From Polyangiaceae bacterium (GTDB taxonomy: Bacteria > Myxococcota_A > Polyangia > Polyangiales > Polyangiaceae): 64,000 bases of DNA. The translations under genes were made by a program, and so were the position numbers. Every line of letters starts with the position of its first letter. Positions within the stretch are counted from its first letter, which is position 1. This document shows, in pieces, positions 20,960 through 29,007 of this stretch. The notes under the pieces are model-generated. The model was not told where the DNA came from. It saw only the letters and a list, made by a program, of their open reading frames with translations, and searched no databases. Location of the stretch: the NCBI GenBank assembly GCA_965222375.1, contig CBDCTZ010000008.1:32001-96000 (forward strand). The letters run 5' to 3'.

Positions 20960-21433
20960 ATGCCCGAAACGGTTCCCATGACTCCTCGGGGCGCCCAAAA
21001 GCTCAAAGAAGAGCTGGCGCGACTGAAGGAAGAGCGCCCCAAGATTTCCCGTGAAATCGGTGTGGCCCGCGAACACGGAGATCTAAAGGAAAATGCGGAA
21101 TATCACGCGGCCAAAGAGAAGCAGGGTATGGCGGAGGCTCGGATTTCCGACATCGAGGACAAACTGTCGCGAGCGGAGGTGATCGACCCTGCGACCCTGA
21201 GCGGCTCTCGGGTTCGTTTTGGAGCGACGGTGACCCTCACGAACCTGGATACCGACGAGGAAGTGACCTACCGAATCGTAGGCGCCGACGAAGCGAATCT
21301 GGACGAGGGCACGATCTCGATTTCCGCACCGCTGGCCCGCGCGATGATCGGCCGAGAGGTCGGGGACGAGGTGAGCATCAAGCTGCCCGCGGGCCCCCGC
21401 AACTACGAGGTCGTCAGCGTCGACTACCGCTGA
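20960..21433 (+). CDS. greA: Transcription elongation factor GreA
   Basis: [38 protein letters not shown]. Confidence 0.96.
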   Translation: MPETVPMTPRGAQKLKEELARLKEERPKISREIGVAREHGDLKENAEYHAAKEKQGMAEARISDIEDKLSRAEVIDPATLSGSRVRFGATVTLTNLDTDEEVTYRIVGADEANLDEGTISISAPLARAMIGREVGDEVSIKLPAGPRNYEVVSVDYR

Positions 21434-21445
21434 CCGCTGTCAAGG

Positions 21446-24400
21446 ATGGCCAGCCCTTCGACCCGCGCGTCGATGGCCGAAAAGGCGGTGGTGTCGCAAG
21501 CGCTGAACTCGGGCGGCGACAGTGGCAGCCTCAGCGCTTGGCTCCTAGGTGCTCTTGGTGTGGTGGCGCTCGCAGCCATCGAACTCGTGGTCGTGCTGCT
21601 CGCCCGCCGAAGTGTAGTGGCGAGTGTGTGGGAGGCACAGAACGGCGCACTGTTTCTGCTCCCTGCCTGGTTGGGGCTCGCTGTGGTCTTTGGCGGTGTC
21701 GCCGCAGCGCTGGTGCACGCCAGTCGCCGCTCAAGCGGGCGCGCTGAGCGCGCCTTGATGGCCGCCTGCGCCGCCGCCTCCGCGGGCGCTGCGGCGTGGG
21801 GCGTGGGCGGTGGACGGCACTTGTCGACGTTGCCGGCGCGCGGTGGATTCACTCTCGCGCTGGCGGCTGTCGGGGGCGCGGCGCTGTGGTTCGGGCTGCC
21901 CATGCTTGGGCGCTTCTCGCGGCGTTTCCAGGGTCGCACCGCCCTGGCCATGGTCGCCGTGTGTGTGTGCGTGTCCCTCGCCAACGCTTGGGTGCTGCCG
22001 CGGCTGTACCTCGCATTCCACCTCGGCCTTTGTGGCATCGCGGCGTTGGCCGCCGCCCTAGCGGCTATCTGGGGTTCCGGCGCATTGGCTTTGCCCCGCG
22101 GTCGCGGCCCGGTGGCGCTGGCTGTGCTGGTGATCATGGCGCTGGTGGCCAGCTTCGCAATGCGGCCCGCCGCGCTTCGCCTGGCAAGTTTCGACAACTT
22201 CCGCCTGCTACTGGTCGAGCATGCGCCCGCGTCAGGACAAGTCGTGCGCGGCCTGGCGCTGTTGGCACCGCCCCCGCCGCTTGAAGACGACTGTGCGGCT
22301 GGGGACTGCGGGCCAAACCTGCCGCCTGGAGCGAAGTCACCGTTGCGTTGGCAGGGTCGCGATGTCCTGCTCGTGACCATCGACGCCCTGCGTGCCGACC
22401 ACGTCGGCAGCTACGGCTACGCCCGCAAGACCACGCAGCACATCGACGCCCTGTCCAAACAAGGCGCCGTGTTCGAGTACGCCTACGCGGCGACGCCCCA
22501 CACGTCCTATTCCGTGAGCAGCTTGATGACGGGCAAGTACATGCGGCCGCTCTTGCTTCAAGGCATGGGAGAGGATTCGGACACCCTCGCGGGCCTGCTC
22601 CGGGCCTACGGCTACCGCACCGGCGGCTTCTATCCGCCCGCGGTATTCTTCATCGATCGCAAGCGTTTCGCGAGCTTCGAAAAGGCTGGTTTCGGCTTCG
22701 AATACCGCAAAGTCGAGTTCCTGGAGGGGCAGGGGAGAATCGACCAAGTTCGGAGCTATTTGTCCGGTTTGAAGCAGGATCAGCGTTGCTTCGTCTGGGT
22801 ACATCTGTTCGGGCCCCACGAACCCTACGTCGCCGACCCCAAATTCGATTTTGGCACTCGCGATGTCGACCGCTACGACTCGGAAATCGCCGCGGCGGAT
22901 GCCACCCTCGGCCGGATCGTTAAGGCGTTTCGCGCCCGCAGTCCCAAAGGTGTCGTGATCGTGACCGCCGATCATGGAGAGGAATTCGGAGATCATGGCG
23001 GGCGCTACCACGGTACGACGGCCTACGAGGAGCAGGTTCGAGTCCCCTTGGTCGTCTCCGCACCGGGCAGCGTCGAGCCCCGTCGGGTCAGCGAGCTAGT
23101 TCAGACCATCGACATTCTCCCCACGGTACTGGGCGCCCTGGGGATCCCAATCCCCCCGCGGGTTCGAGGGCGAGACTTGGGCAGCCTCCTGGCCGGCCGC
23201 CCCGGTGACCCGGAAGGCCTCGCGATGGCCGAGAGCGAAGCGCAGATCATGCTGGGCCGCGGCCCGCACCGGCTGATCTGCGAACGCAAGATCGGTGCGT
23301 GTCGTATGTTCGATGTGGTGAAAGATCCTGGCCAGACCCGCGACATCACCACCAGCGAGGCCGAGATCGCCAGAACTCTGCGAGCCCAGATGCACGAACT
23401 GGCATCGTCCCACGGTCGTTTCGAGGTCCAGGGCTTGCGCGCAGATGGGCGGGGCTGGCCCGCAGCGATCGTCCGGGCTGCTGCAGGGGATCCCGATGCT
23501 GCTGAGGAACTGGCGTCGCTTCTGGACGATGCGGACGTTAGCGTCCGCCGCCGCGCGGCCGAGCTGTTGTTCCAAATGCGGCGCAAGGAGACTGCACCCG
23601 CGCTGCGCCTTGCCCTCGGGCGAGACGAAGACGAAACCGTTCGCCGCTGGACCGCGCTTTCGTTGACCCGTCTGGGGCAGGGGGCACCTTTGGTCGTCGA
23701 ACTGCTGCGAGGCGACGACCTTCGCTGGAAGCGATTTGCCGCCCTGGCTCTCGCCGAGTCTGGAGATCGCCGGGGAGGGCCGATTCTGGTGGAGTGGTGG
23801 AAAGACAAGACCGACCGGGACTTCACGCGCTCCGTCGAACTGCTCGAAGCCTTCGTAGAGATCAAAGAGAAGGACGCGGTGTGGCCTCTGACCCAGAGCC
23901 TCGGGGACGTTCGCTTGCGTCCCCACATTGCCGATACCCTGGCCGCGCTGGGTGAAGAAGGTGCGCGGGTGTCACTCGCTCGGGCGTTTCGCCAAGAACG
24001 CTATCAGGGCGCCCGGGTCGCCTTGGCCCGGGCTGTGGTGAAGCTCGATGGTGGCCCAGAAATCGCTCCCGCTATGGTGCGCTTCCTCGGGGTGCCGGAT
24101 CCTATCCCAGGCGGGTTGGGGCTCGCCGCGGACGCAGGGATCTTGATGTCGGTCGGGGGCCCCGCGGGCCGGGAACTGAAGAGATTGCGGCGGAACGCGT
24201 CCTTGGGCGCCGAGGTCACTCTGGTGGTGCCCAAAGGTGGCAACGGCACCGGGGTGCGCTTGCTGGTGCGCGCCCGCGCCCGCGGCCAGCCGGGGGCGGT
24301 CGTGGTTGCGCCGCCCCTGGCCAACGTCAGGTACAACCGCAAAGGTGAGCCCATAAAGGTGCGAGATCTCCCGCGTTTGAAGCTGAAGAGCGCGACCCGG

Positions 24401-24613
24401 ATCCCGATCCCGCCGAGCGAAGCCTGGCAGGAGATCCCGGTCGTGGCCGGAGACGCCCTGAAGCTCAAACCCGGCAGGGTTGCTCGCTTGGTCGTGTACG
24501 CAGAACGCAGCGTGGAGGTCGCTGCTTTGGCCGCGTTGCCCCTGGCGGACGAGCTGCCGCCGCCGGCGCCGAAGCCCTGGAAGCCCTCGAAACCCCTGAC
24601 AGCCTCGCCGTGA
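21446..24613 (+). CDS. Multi-TM sulfatase-like (alkaline phosphatase superfamily) protein with HEAT repeats
   Basis: Several N-terminal TMs; LVTIDALRADH, TPHTSYS, HLFGPHEPY, TADHGE, HG...YEEQVRVPL; HEAT repeats VRRRAAELL. Confidence 0.85.
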   Translation: MASPSTRASMAEKAVVSQALNSGGDSGSLSAWLLGALGVVALAAIELVVVLLARRSVVASVWEAQNGALFLLPAWLGLAVVFGGVAAALVHASRRSSGRAERALMAACAAASAGAAAWGVGGGRHLSTLPARGGFTLALAAVGGAALWFGLPMLGRFSRRFQGRTALAMVAVCVCVSLANAWVLPRLYLAFHLGLCGIAALAAALAAIWGSGALALPRGRGPVALAVLVIMALVASFAMRPAALRLASFDNFRLLLVEHAPASGQVVRGLALLAPPPPLEDDCAAGDCGPNLPPGAKSPLRWQGRDVLLVTIDALRADHVGSYGYARKTTQHIDALSKQGAVFEYAYAATPHTSYSVSSLMTGKYMRPLLLQGMGEDSDTLAGLLRAYGYRTGGFYPPAVFFIDRKRFASFEKAGFGFEYRKVEFLEGQGRIDQVRSYLSGLKQDQRCFVWVHLFGPHEPYVADPKFDFGTRDVDRYDSEIAAADATLGRIVKAFRARSPKGVVIVTADHGEEFGDHGGRYHGTTAYEEQVRVPLVVSAPGSVEPRRVSELVQTIDILPTVLGALGIPIPPRVRGRDLGSLLAGRPGDPEGLAMAESEAQIMLGRGPHRLICERKIGACRMFDVVKDPGQTRDITTSEAEIARTLRAQMHELASSHGRFEVQGLRADGRGWPAAIVRAAAGDPDAAEELASLLDDADVSVRRRAAELLFQMRRKETAPALRLALGRDEDETVRRWTALSLTRLGQGAPLVVELLRGDDLRWKRFAALALAESGDRRGGPILVEWWKDKTDRDFTRSVELLEAFVEIKEKDAVWPLTQSLGDVRLRPHIADTLAALGEEGARVSLARAFRQERYQGARVALARAVVKLDGGPEIAPAMVRFLGVPDPIPGGLGLAADAGILMSVGGPAGRELKRLRRNASLGAEVTLVVPKGGNGTGVRLLVRARARGQPGAVVVAPPLANVRYNRKGEPIKVRDLPRLKLKSATRIPIPPSEAWQEIPVVAGDALKLKPGRVARLVVYAERSVEVAALAALPLADELPPPAPKPWKPSKPLTASP

Positions 24614-24691
24614 GGCAATTTCGGCGCGACCCTGGGCGAGGGGTGCTATAGAGGCGACGAAAATCTTCGAGGATTCTCAGGGTAAACGACC

Positions 24692-26149
24692 GTGGCCACC
24701 AAGGAACCCAAGCTGTCCCGACGCGCGCGGCGGCGCGCGGCAGCCGAGCAGGCTGGCGCCGGCGATGCGGCGGACGACGCCAAAAACAGCGACTCCACCC
24801 CCGACAGTGCCGACGAGGGCGAGGGGGAAGACGAAGCGTCTGCGGGCGCAGAGGAGAGCGGCGGTTCGGATGACCAAGAGGTTGCCGAGACGCAAGCCGA
24901 CGAAGACGAGGCGCCCGCCACGGCTGCGCCAAGAAAGAAGAAGAAAAAGAAGAAGAAGGCTGCGGACGACGAAACCGACGATCCCAGCAAGATCCGCGAT
25001 CGCAACAAGCGGCTGCGCGCCGAAGCCGCGCGCCGGCGCCGTGGCAAGCGTGAGCGCGAACGTGAGGACGCGGCCGTTCAGGGGTTGGACGCCTCGGAGC
25101 TCGTCGATGACGCCGTCGCGCGGTGGACCTCGGCTGCAACCAAATGGGTCAAGGCGAACTTCAGCGTGCTGCAGTGGGTTCTGCTGCTCGGCGTCGCCGG
25201 TGTGATCGGTTGGCAGATCTACGCCTGGCGCTCGGGTCGTGCCTTGGAAAAGAGCTCGGATCAGCTGATCACGGCTGTAGAAGCCGAGACCGGCATTGTG
25301 GGCGCCCCGCCCAGCGACGATCCCACCTTCAATCCCAAACGCACTTTCGACAGCCACGAAAAACGACTCAAGGCCGCCGAAGAGCAGTATCGCGAGGCTG
25401 CGACCGCCCTGAAAGGCAAGGGCGCGGGGATCCTAGCGGAGCTGGGCCTGGCGGGAGTGCTCTACGATCAGGGCAAGTACGACGCAGCGCTGCAGAGCTA
25501 CGAGGCGGTCAAGGCTTCGCCCCTAGCCAAGCATGACGCGGACGTGCGCTTCCGCGCTGGGGAAGGGGTCGGGCTGTGCCTGGAAGCCAAGGGCGACGCA
25601 GCTGGCGCAGAGAAGGCCTTCAAGGAACTCGAATCCTCCGAGTCGGCGGGCTTCGTGGCCTTGTCCTACTACCACCAAGCGCGACTGGCCTACGCCGCCG
25701 GCAAGAAAGACAAGGTCAAGGAGCTCCTCCAGAAGGTCAAAGAGAAGACCGAGAAAGACAAGTCGCCTTTCGCGACAGCAAGCTACCTCGAGCGGGCTAG
25801 TCGCGACCTGTTGGCTGCCGTCGACCCCAGCGTGGCCAGGACGCCTTCAGCGAACTACTCGCCGGAGCAGATAGACAAGCTCAAGGAGCAGATCATGAAG
25901 GACCCGAGCAAGCTCAAGAAGATGCTCGAGGACATGCAGAAGAACGTCAAAGACATCACGAAGGACCTGCCGAAGGAGGGTGATCTGCCGAAGGAGGGCG
26001 CACCCACGCCTTCCACACCCACTCCAACGGCTCCTCAGGCGCCCGCGCCCGCTCCGGCGCCGCAGCCCCAGACTCCGCCGGCTCCAGCACCCGCGCCGGC
26101 TCCAGCGCCCGCACCGGCTCCAGCGCCGGCTCCGGCCCCCACGCCATGA
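24692..26149 (+). CDS. YfgM-like membrane-anchored TPR protein with acidic/basic N-terminus and Pro-Ala tail
   Basis: Single TM (VLQWVLLLGVAGVIGWQIY) followed by TPRs; adjacent to a BamB-like gene as in yfgM-bamB. Confidence 0.7.
   Translation: MATKEPKLSRRARRRAAAEQAGAGDAADDAKNSDSTPDSADEGEGEDEASAGAEESGGSDDQEVAETQADEDEAPATAAPRKKKKKKKKAADDETDDPSKIRDRNKRLRAEAARRRRGKREREREDAAVQGLDASELVDDAVARWTSAATKWVKANFSVLQWVLLLGVAGVIGWQIYAWRSGRALEKSSDQLITAVEAETGIVGAPPSDDPTFNPKRTFDSHEKRLKAAEEQYREAATALKGKGAGILAELGLAGVLYDQGKYDAALQSYEAVKASPLAKHDADVRFRAGEGVGLCLEAKGDAAGAEKAFKELESSESAGFVALSYYHQARLAYAAGKKDKVKELLQKVKEKTEKDKSPFATASYLERASRDLLAAVDPSVARTPSANYSPEQIDKLKEQIMKDPSKLKKMLEDMQKNVKDITKDLPKEGDLPKEGAPTPSTPTPTAPQAPAPAPAPQPQTPPAPAPAPAPAPAPAPAPAPAPTP
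25964..26145 (+). repeat. Coding repeats: DLPKEG x2 and (PA)n
   Basis: 18-bp duplication GA(C/T)CTGCCGAAGGAGGG(T/C) and recurring CCGGCTCCAGC units. Confidence 0.8.
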
Positions 26150-27399
26150 AGCGAGGCACCGCATCGCTGCTCTCCGCTGCGGCGCTATGCGCTGGCGTGT
26201 TCGGTTGTGAGAGCCTTCAGTACGGCGCGAACCCGGAAGTTCCGTCATGGCGCTATCGGCCCAGCGGTTCCTTGGCGGTCACCTATAAGAAGCGATTCTT
26301 CGCCGAGTCACGCAAAGTGGGGGAGCCCTATGAGCGGGGACAGCCGGAAATCGACGTGGCCGGGCGGCGGGTGTTCTTCGGCTCTAGCGACCACGGGCTC
26401 TATGCCGTCAGCGCCCTAGATGGCGCCAAACTCTGGCGCTTTGAAACCGTTGGCGCCGTGCAATGCGCGCCGCTCTACGATCCGAACGAAGACGTCGTCT
26501 ATTTCGGCTCCAACGACGGCGCGCTCTACAAGGTGCAGGCGAAGACCGGCGAACTGATTTGGCGCTTTTCGACCAACGCCGAGGTGGCCCGGCGCCCCGT
26601 GCTCGCCGCGGGGCGGCTGTACGCGGTCAACGCGAACGACACCGTGCTGGCCCTGGACGCCAAAACCGGCAAAGCGCTGTGGACTCAGCACCGCACGCCC
26701 GCACTGGGCATGGAGGTCGCGGGCTACTCCGGTCCGCTGCTGTGGCGCGGCAAGGTGTACGTCGGCTTTTCGGACGGCAACGTCACGGCCTTCGACGCTA
26801 GCAGTGGCGACGAACGCTGGCAGCCCGTGGACCTGAGCGCCGAAGCGGAGCAGGCGCTGGGAGACATTCCGACGTATCTAGACGTCGACACGACACCGGT
26901 GGGCGCCATGATCGACACCGGCGCCGTCGTCTTCGTCGGCTCCTATCAGGGTGGCGTTTTCGCGTTGGACGCGGAAACGGGGACCACCGTGTGGTCCAAT
27001 CCCGCGGTCCTGGGCGTCAGTGAGGTCACGATGTGGACTGAACCGGCTCACGCGCCAACCGACGGCCCCGGGCCGGAGATCCCCGAGAAAAGGCTGCTCT
27101 TGGCCAGCACCGGGACCACGGGCCTTTGGGCCTTGGATCCCGAGACCGGCAAGGAGCAGTGGCGCTCGAGTCTGCCCACGGGCGGCGTGTCCGCACCGGT
27201 GCCCATCCAGGGCGCGCTCTTGGTTTCCGCGAGCCAGCTCGGCGTATTCCTGGTGTCGCCGGTGGACGGCAGCGTGATCGACGGCATCCACATGGCTGAC
27301 GGCTCAGCCGCGACTCCAGCGGCCTTCGGGCGGCGCGCGTTCGTGTTGAGCAACAACGGCCATTTGATCAGTATTCACGTGACGCCGCCCAAGGGCTGA
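26146..27399 (+). CDS. PQQ-like beta-propeller lipoprotein, BamB-like
   Basis: Lipobox VFGC; repeated A(L/F)DA.TG...W blades. Confidence 0.8.
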   Translation: MKRGTASLLSAAALCAGVFGCESLQYGANPEVPSWRYRPSGSLAVTYKKRFFAESRKVGEPYERGQPEIDVAGRRVFFGSSDHGLYAVSALDGAKLWRFETVGAVQCAPLYDPNEDVVYFGSNDGALYKVQAKTGELIWRFSTNAEVARRPVLAAGRLYAVNANDTVLALDAKTGKALWTQHRTPALGMEVAGYSGPLLWRGKVYVGFSDGNVTAFDASSGDERWQPVDLSAEAEQALGDIPTYLDVDTTPVGAMIDTGAVVFVGSYQGGVFALDAETGTTVWSNPAVLGVSEVTMWTEPAHAPTDGPGPEIPEKRLLLASTGTTGLWALDPETGKEQWRSSLPTGGVSAPVPIQGALLVSASQLGVFLVSPVDGSVIDGIHMADGSAATPAAFGRRAFVLSNNGHLISIHVTPPKG

Positions 27400-27711
27400 T
27401 AGCGGCGCCCGAGGGAGCGCAGGCGTGAGAACGAGCGCGGGCGTGGGCGCAGTGCGCGAAGCGTGGCGAGTGGCTTGGGATTGTTGGAGTCGGGCTCTGG
27501 GGCGGCGCGCGGTCGCTAATCTCGTATTGGCTCGAATCGGGTCGCTTTCCCCTTGGAATGCGCCGATGGGGGTGAATTCAGGCCCATCGCCTATAACGTA
27601 ACCTGACTCGCCACGCGCCCCGCCGCTCCGGGCTTGTTCAACACCCGCATTCGTCGGCGATCTAGCATCGGCGCCCTCGGTTGAGCGACACGGCGCCGAC
27701 GAAGTGCTCAG

Positions 27712-27739
27712 AGTTCGCATAAGATACATTATGTTAACT
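27712..27739 (+). other. dif: XerC/XerD recombination site (dif)
   Basis: AGTTCGCATAA-GATACA-TTATGTTAACT matches the 11-6-11 dif architecture (E. coli GGTGCGCATAA-TGTATA-TTATGTTAAAT); intergenic; AT-rich in a GC-rich context. Confidence 0.88.
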
Positions 27740-27785
27740 TTCACCCAGCCCCCGGATGGGGGCTGGGTGAGAAAGTTAGACATAA
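27729..27785. repeat. Long inverted repeat that includes the dif XerD arm
   Basis: TTATGTTAACTTTCACCCAGCCCCC-GGAT-GGGGGCTGGGTGA(GA)AAGTTA(G)ACATAA: 25 paired bases with two right-arm bulges. Confidence 0.92.
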
Positions 27786-27864
27786 CGTCCGCCGTTTTTG
27801 GGGAGGCGCGCCGTGGCGAACTGATTACGCGCGGCACGAGTTGGGTCACATCATGCGGGTGCGT

Positions 27865-28265
27865 CAGCTCCGCACAGATCAAGTAATCCCGCGCCTCCAC
27901 ACGAGATCACAAAACCAACCCCACGAGACCCATCTCGACCACGTCAACCTAGCTCGACCTAGACCACATCTCGCAATCGCCCCAGGTCCGCCCTGGTCAC
28001 GTAATTCCACGCCCCCACGCGAGATCACAAAACCAACCCCACGAGCCCCGACTCCGTCCTGCACCAGCTCGTCCACGCCGACCTGGCCCCACCTAGACCA
28101 CAGCTCGCAAGGGCACCAGCTCGGAACTGATCCCGTACTTCAGCCCCCGCGCGAGAATCACAAGACCAACCCCACGTTGCGCCAACGAGGCCGATCTGGA
28201 CCACACGCCGCAAGCGCACCAACTCCGCCCTGATCCTGTAGTTCTGCGCCCCCTGCAGTGATCAA
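27865..28265. repeat. Degenerate tandem repeat array, ~105-132-bp units (3 full plus partial)
   Basis: Exact 26-mer CGAGATCACAAAACCAACCCCACGAG at 27902 and 28020, variant at 28152; second block ACCTAGACCACA at 27957 and 28091, variant near 28194. Confidence 0.88.
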
Positions 28266-28318
28266 ACTGTTCGCCGTGGCCGCACGAAATCGCGTACACC
28301 TGGCGCCGAGCGCGACGA

Positions 28319-28969
28319 TCACTGCTCGCAGTTGTCGAAAACGAAAAAGCCTTCCCCTTCGCAGAATAGGGTTGGGTGTACGGTTGGCTGCTGCTCGGGG
28401 ACCAGCCCTGGGCAGGCGAATTTCGCCCAGATCTTTCCGTCCGAGACTTGAAGCGGTGGGTCTTCGACGCTCACCGTGCACGGTGTTGCGTCGGGGTTCT
28501 TGACGTATTCGAGCAGTATCGGATTTCGATGGACTATCTGTCCAGTGCCGGTCCCACCCGGTGCCACGTCAGCGGTGATATCAAACGACACTCCCTTGTG
28601 AGAGATGTCGCCTTGGATCGAGAAGATACCTCCGTTGTTGCGCATGGTACAGCTGATGCTGGCACCGTCCTCGCCGTCAACGACCCGTGCGCCTGGTTTG
28701 ATTGCGTCTGGAGGCGGCGAGCCCACAAAGACTGAGTGGCCGCCGACCACGCACTTTGTCCCTGGTGGTGTGAGCGATGGATCAGCCCCGCGGATGTTCA
28801 CCTTGAGGCCGGCCTGAGGCGGATTCGCTATCCCTCCGCCCTCTCCCGCCGCGCCGCCGCCTCCACCTTTTCCGGGCCCAACGCCGCTGCTGCAGGCTGC
28901 CATCGCCAGAACGCAGGCGAGTACTCCCGGGGGGCCTAAGTTCAACTGCAAGATCCCGCTACGTCTCAT
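28319..28969 (-). CDS. Hypothetical lipoprotein
   Basis: Lipobox AMAAC, Gly-rich linker, beta-rich domain with paired Cys, ending FVFDNCEQ. Confidence 0.75.
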   Translation of the reverse strand: MRRSGILQLNLGPPGVLACVLAMAACSSGVGPGKGGGGGAAGEGGGIANPPQAGLKVNIRGADPSLTPPGTKCVVGGHSVFVGSPPPDAIKPGARVVDGEDGASISCTMRNNGGIFSIQGDISHKGVSFDITADVAPGGTGTGQIVHRNPILLEYVKNPDATPCTVSVEDPPLQVSDGKIWAKFACPGLVPEQQPTVHPTLFCEGEGFFVFDNCEQ

Positions 28970-29007
28970 GCGGTCTAGCTAGCCCGTTGGGCGCACTCCG
29001 GCACTAG

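Noticed and set aside
27741..27775. Simple rho-independent terminator
   Set aside because: It lies over 300 bp from the nearest stop codon and pairing extends through the whole XerD arm; terminator activity is possible but does not explain the structure
27732..27781. Integron attC site (GTTAGAC matches GTTRRRY)
   Set aside because: Only about 50 bp, the left end TGTTAAC is not RYYYAAC, there is no cassette ORF ending at it and no integrase; better explained as an inverted XerD arm
27865..28265. CRISPR array
   Set aside because: Inter-repeat segments are 90-105 bp and homologous to each other, the repeats are not palindromic, and no cas genes are present in the window
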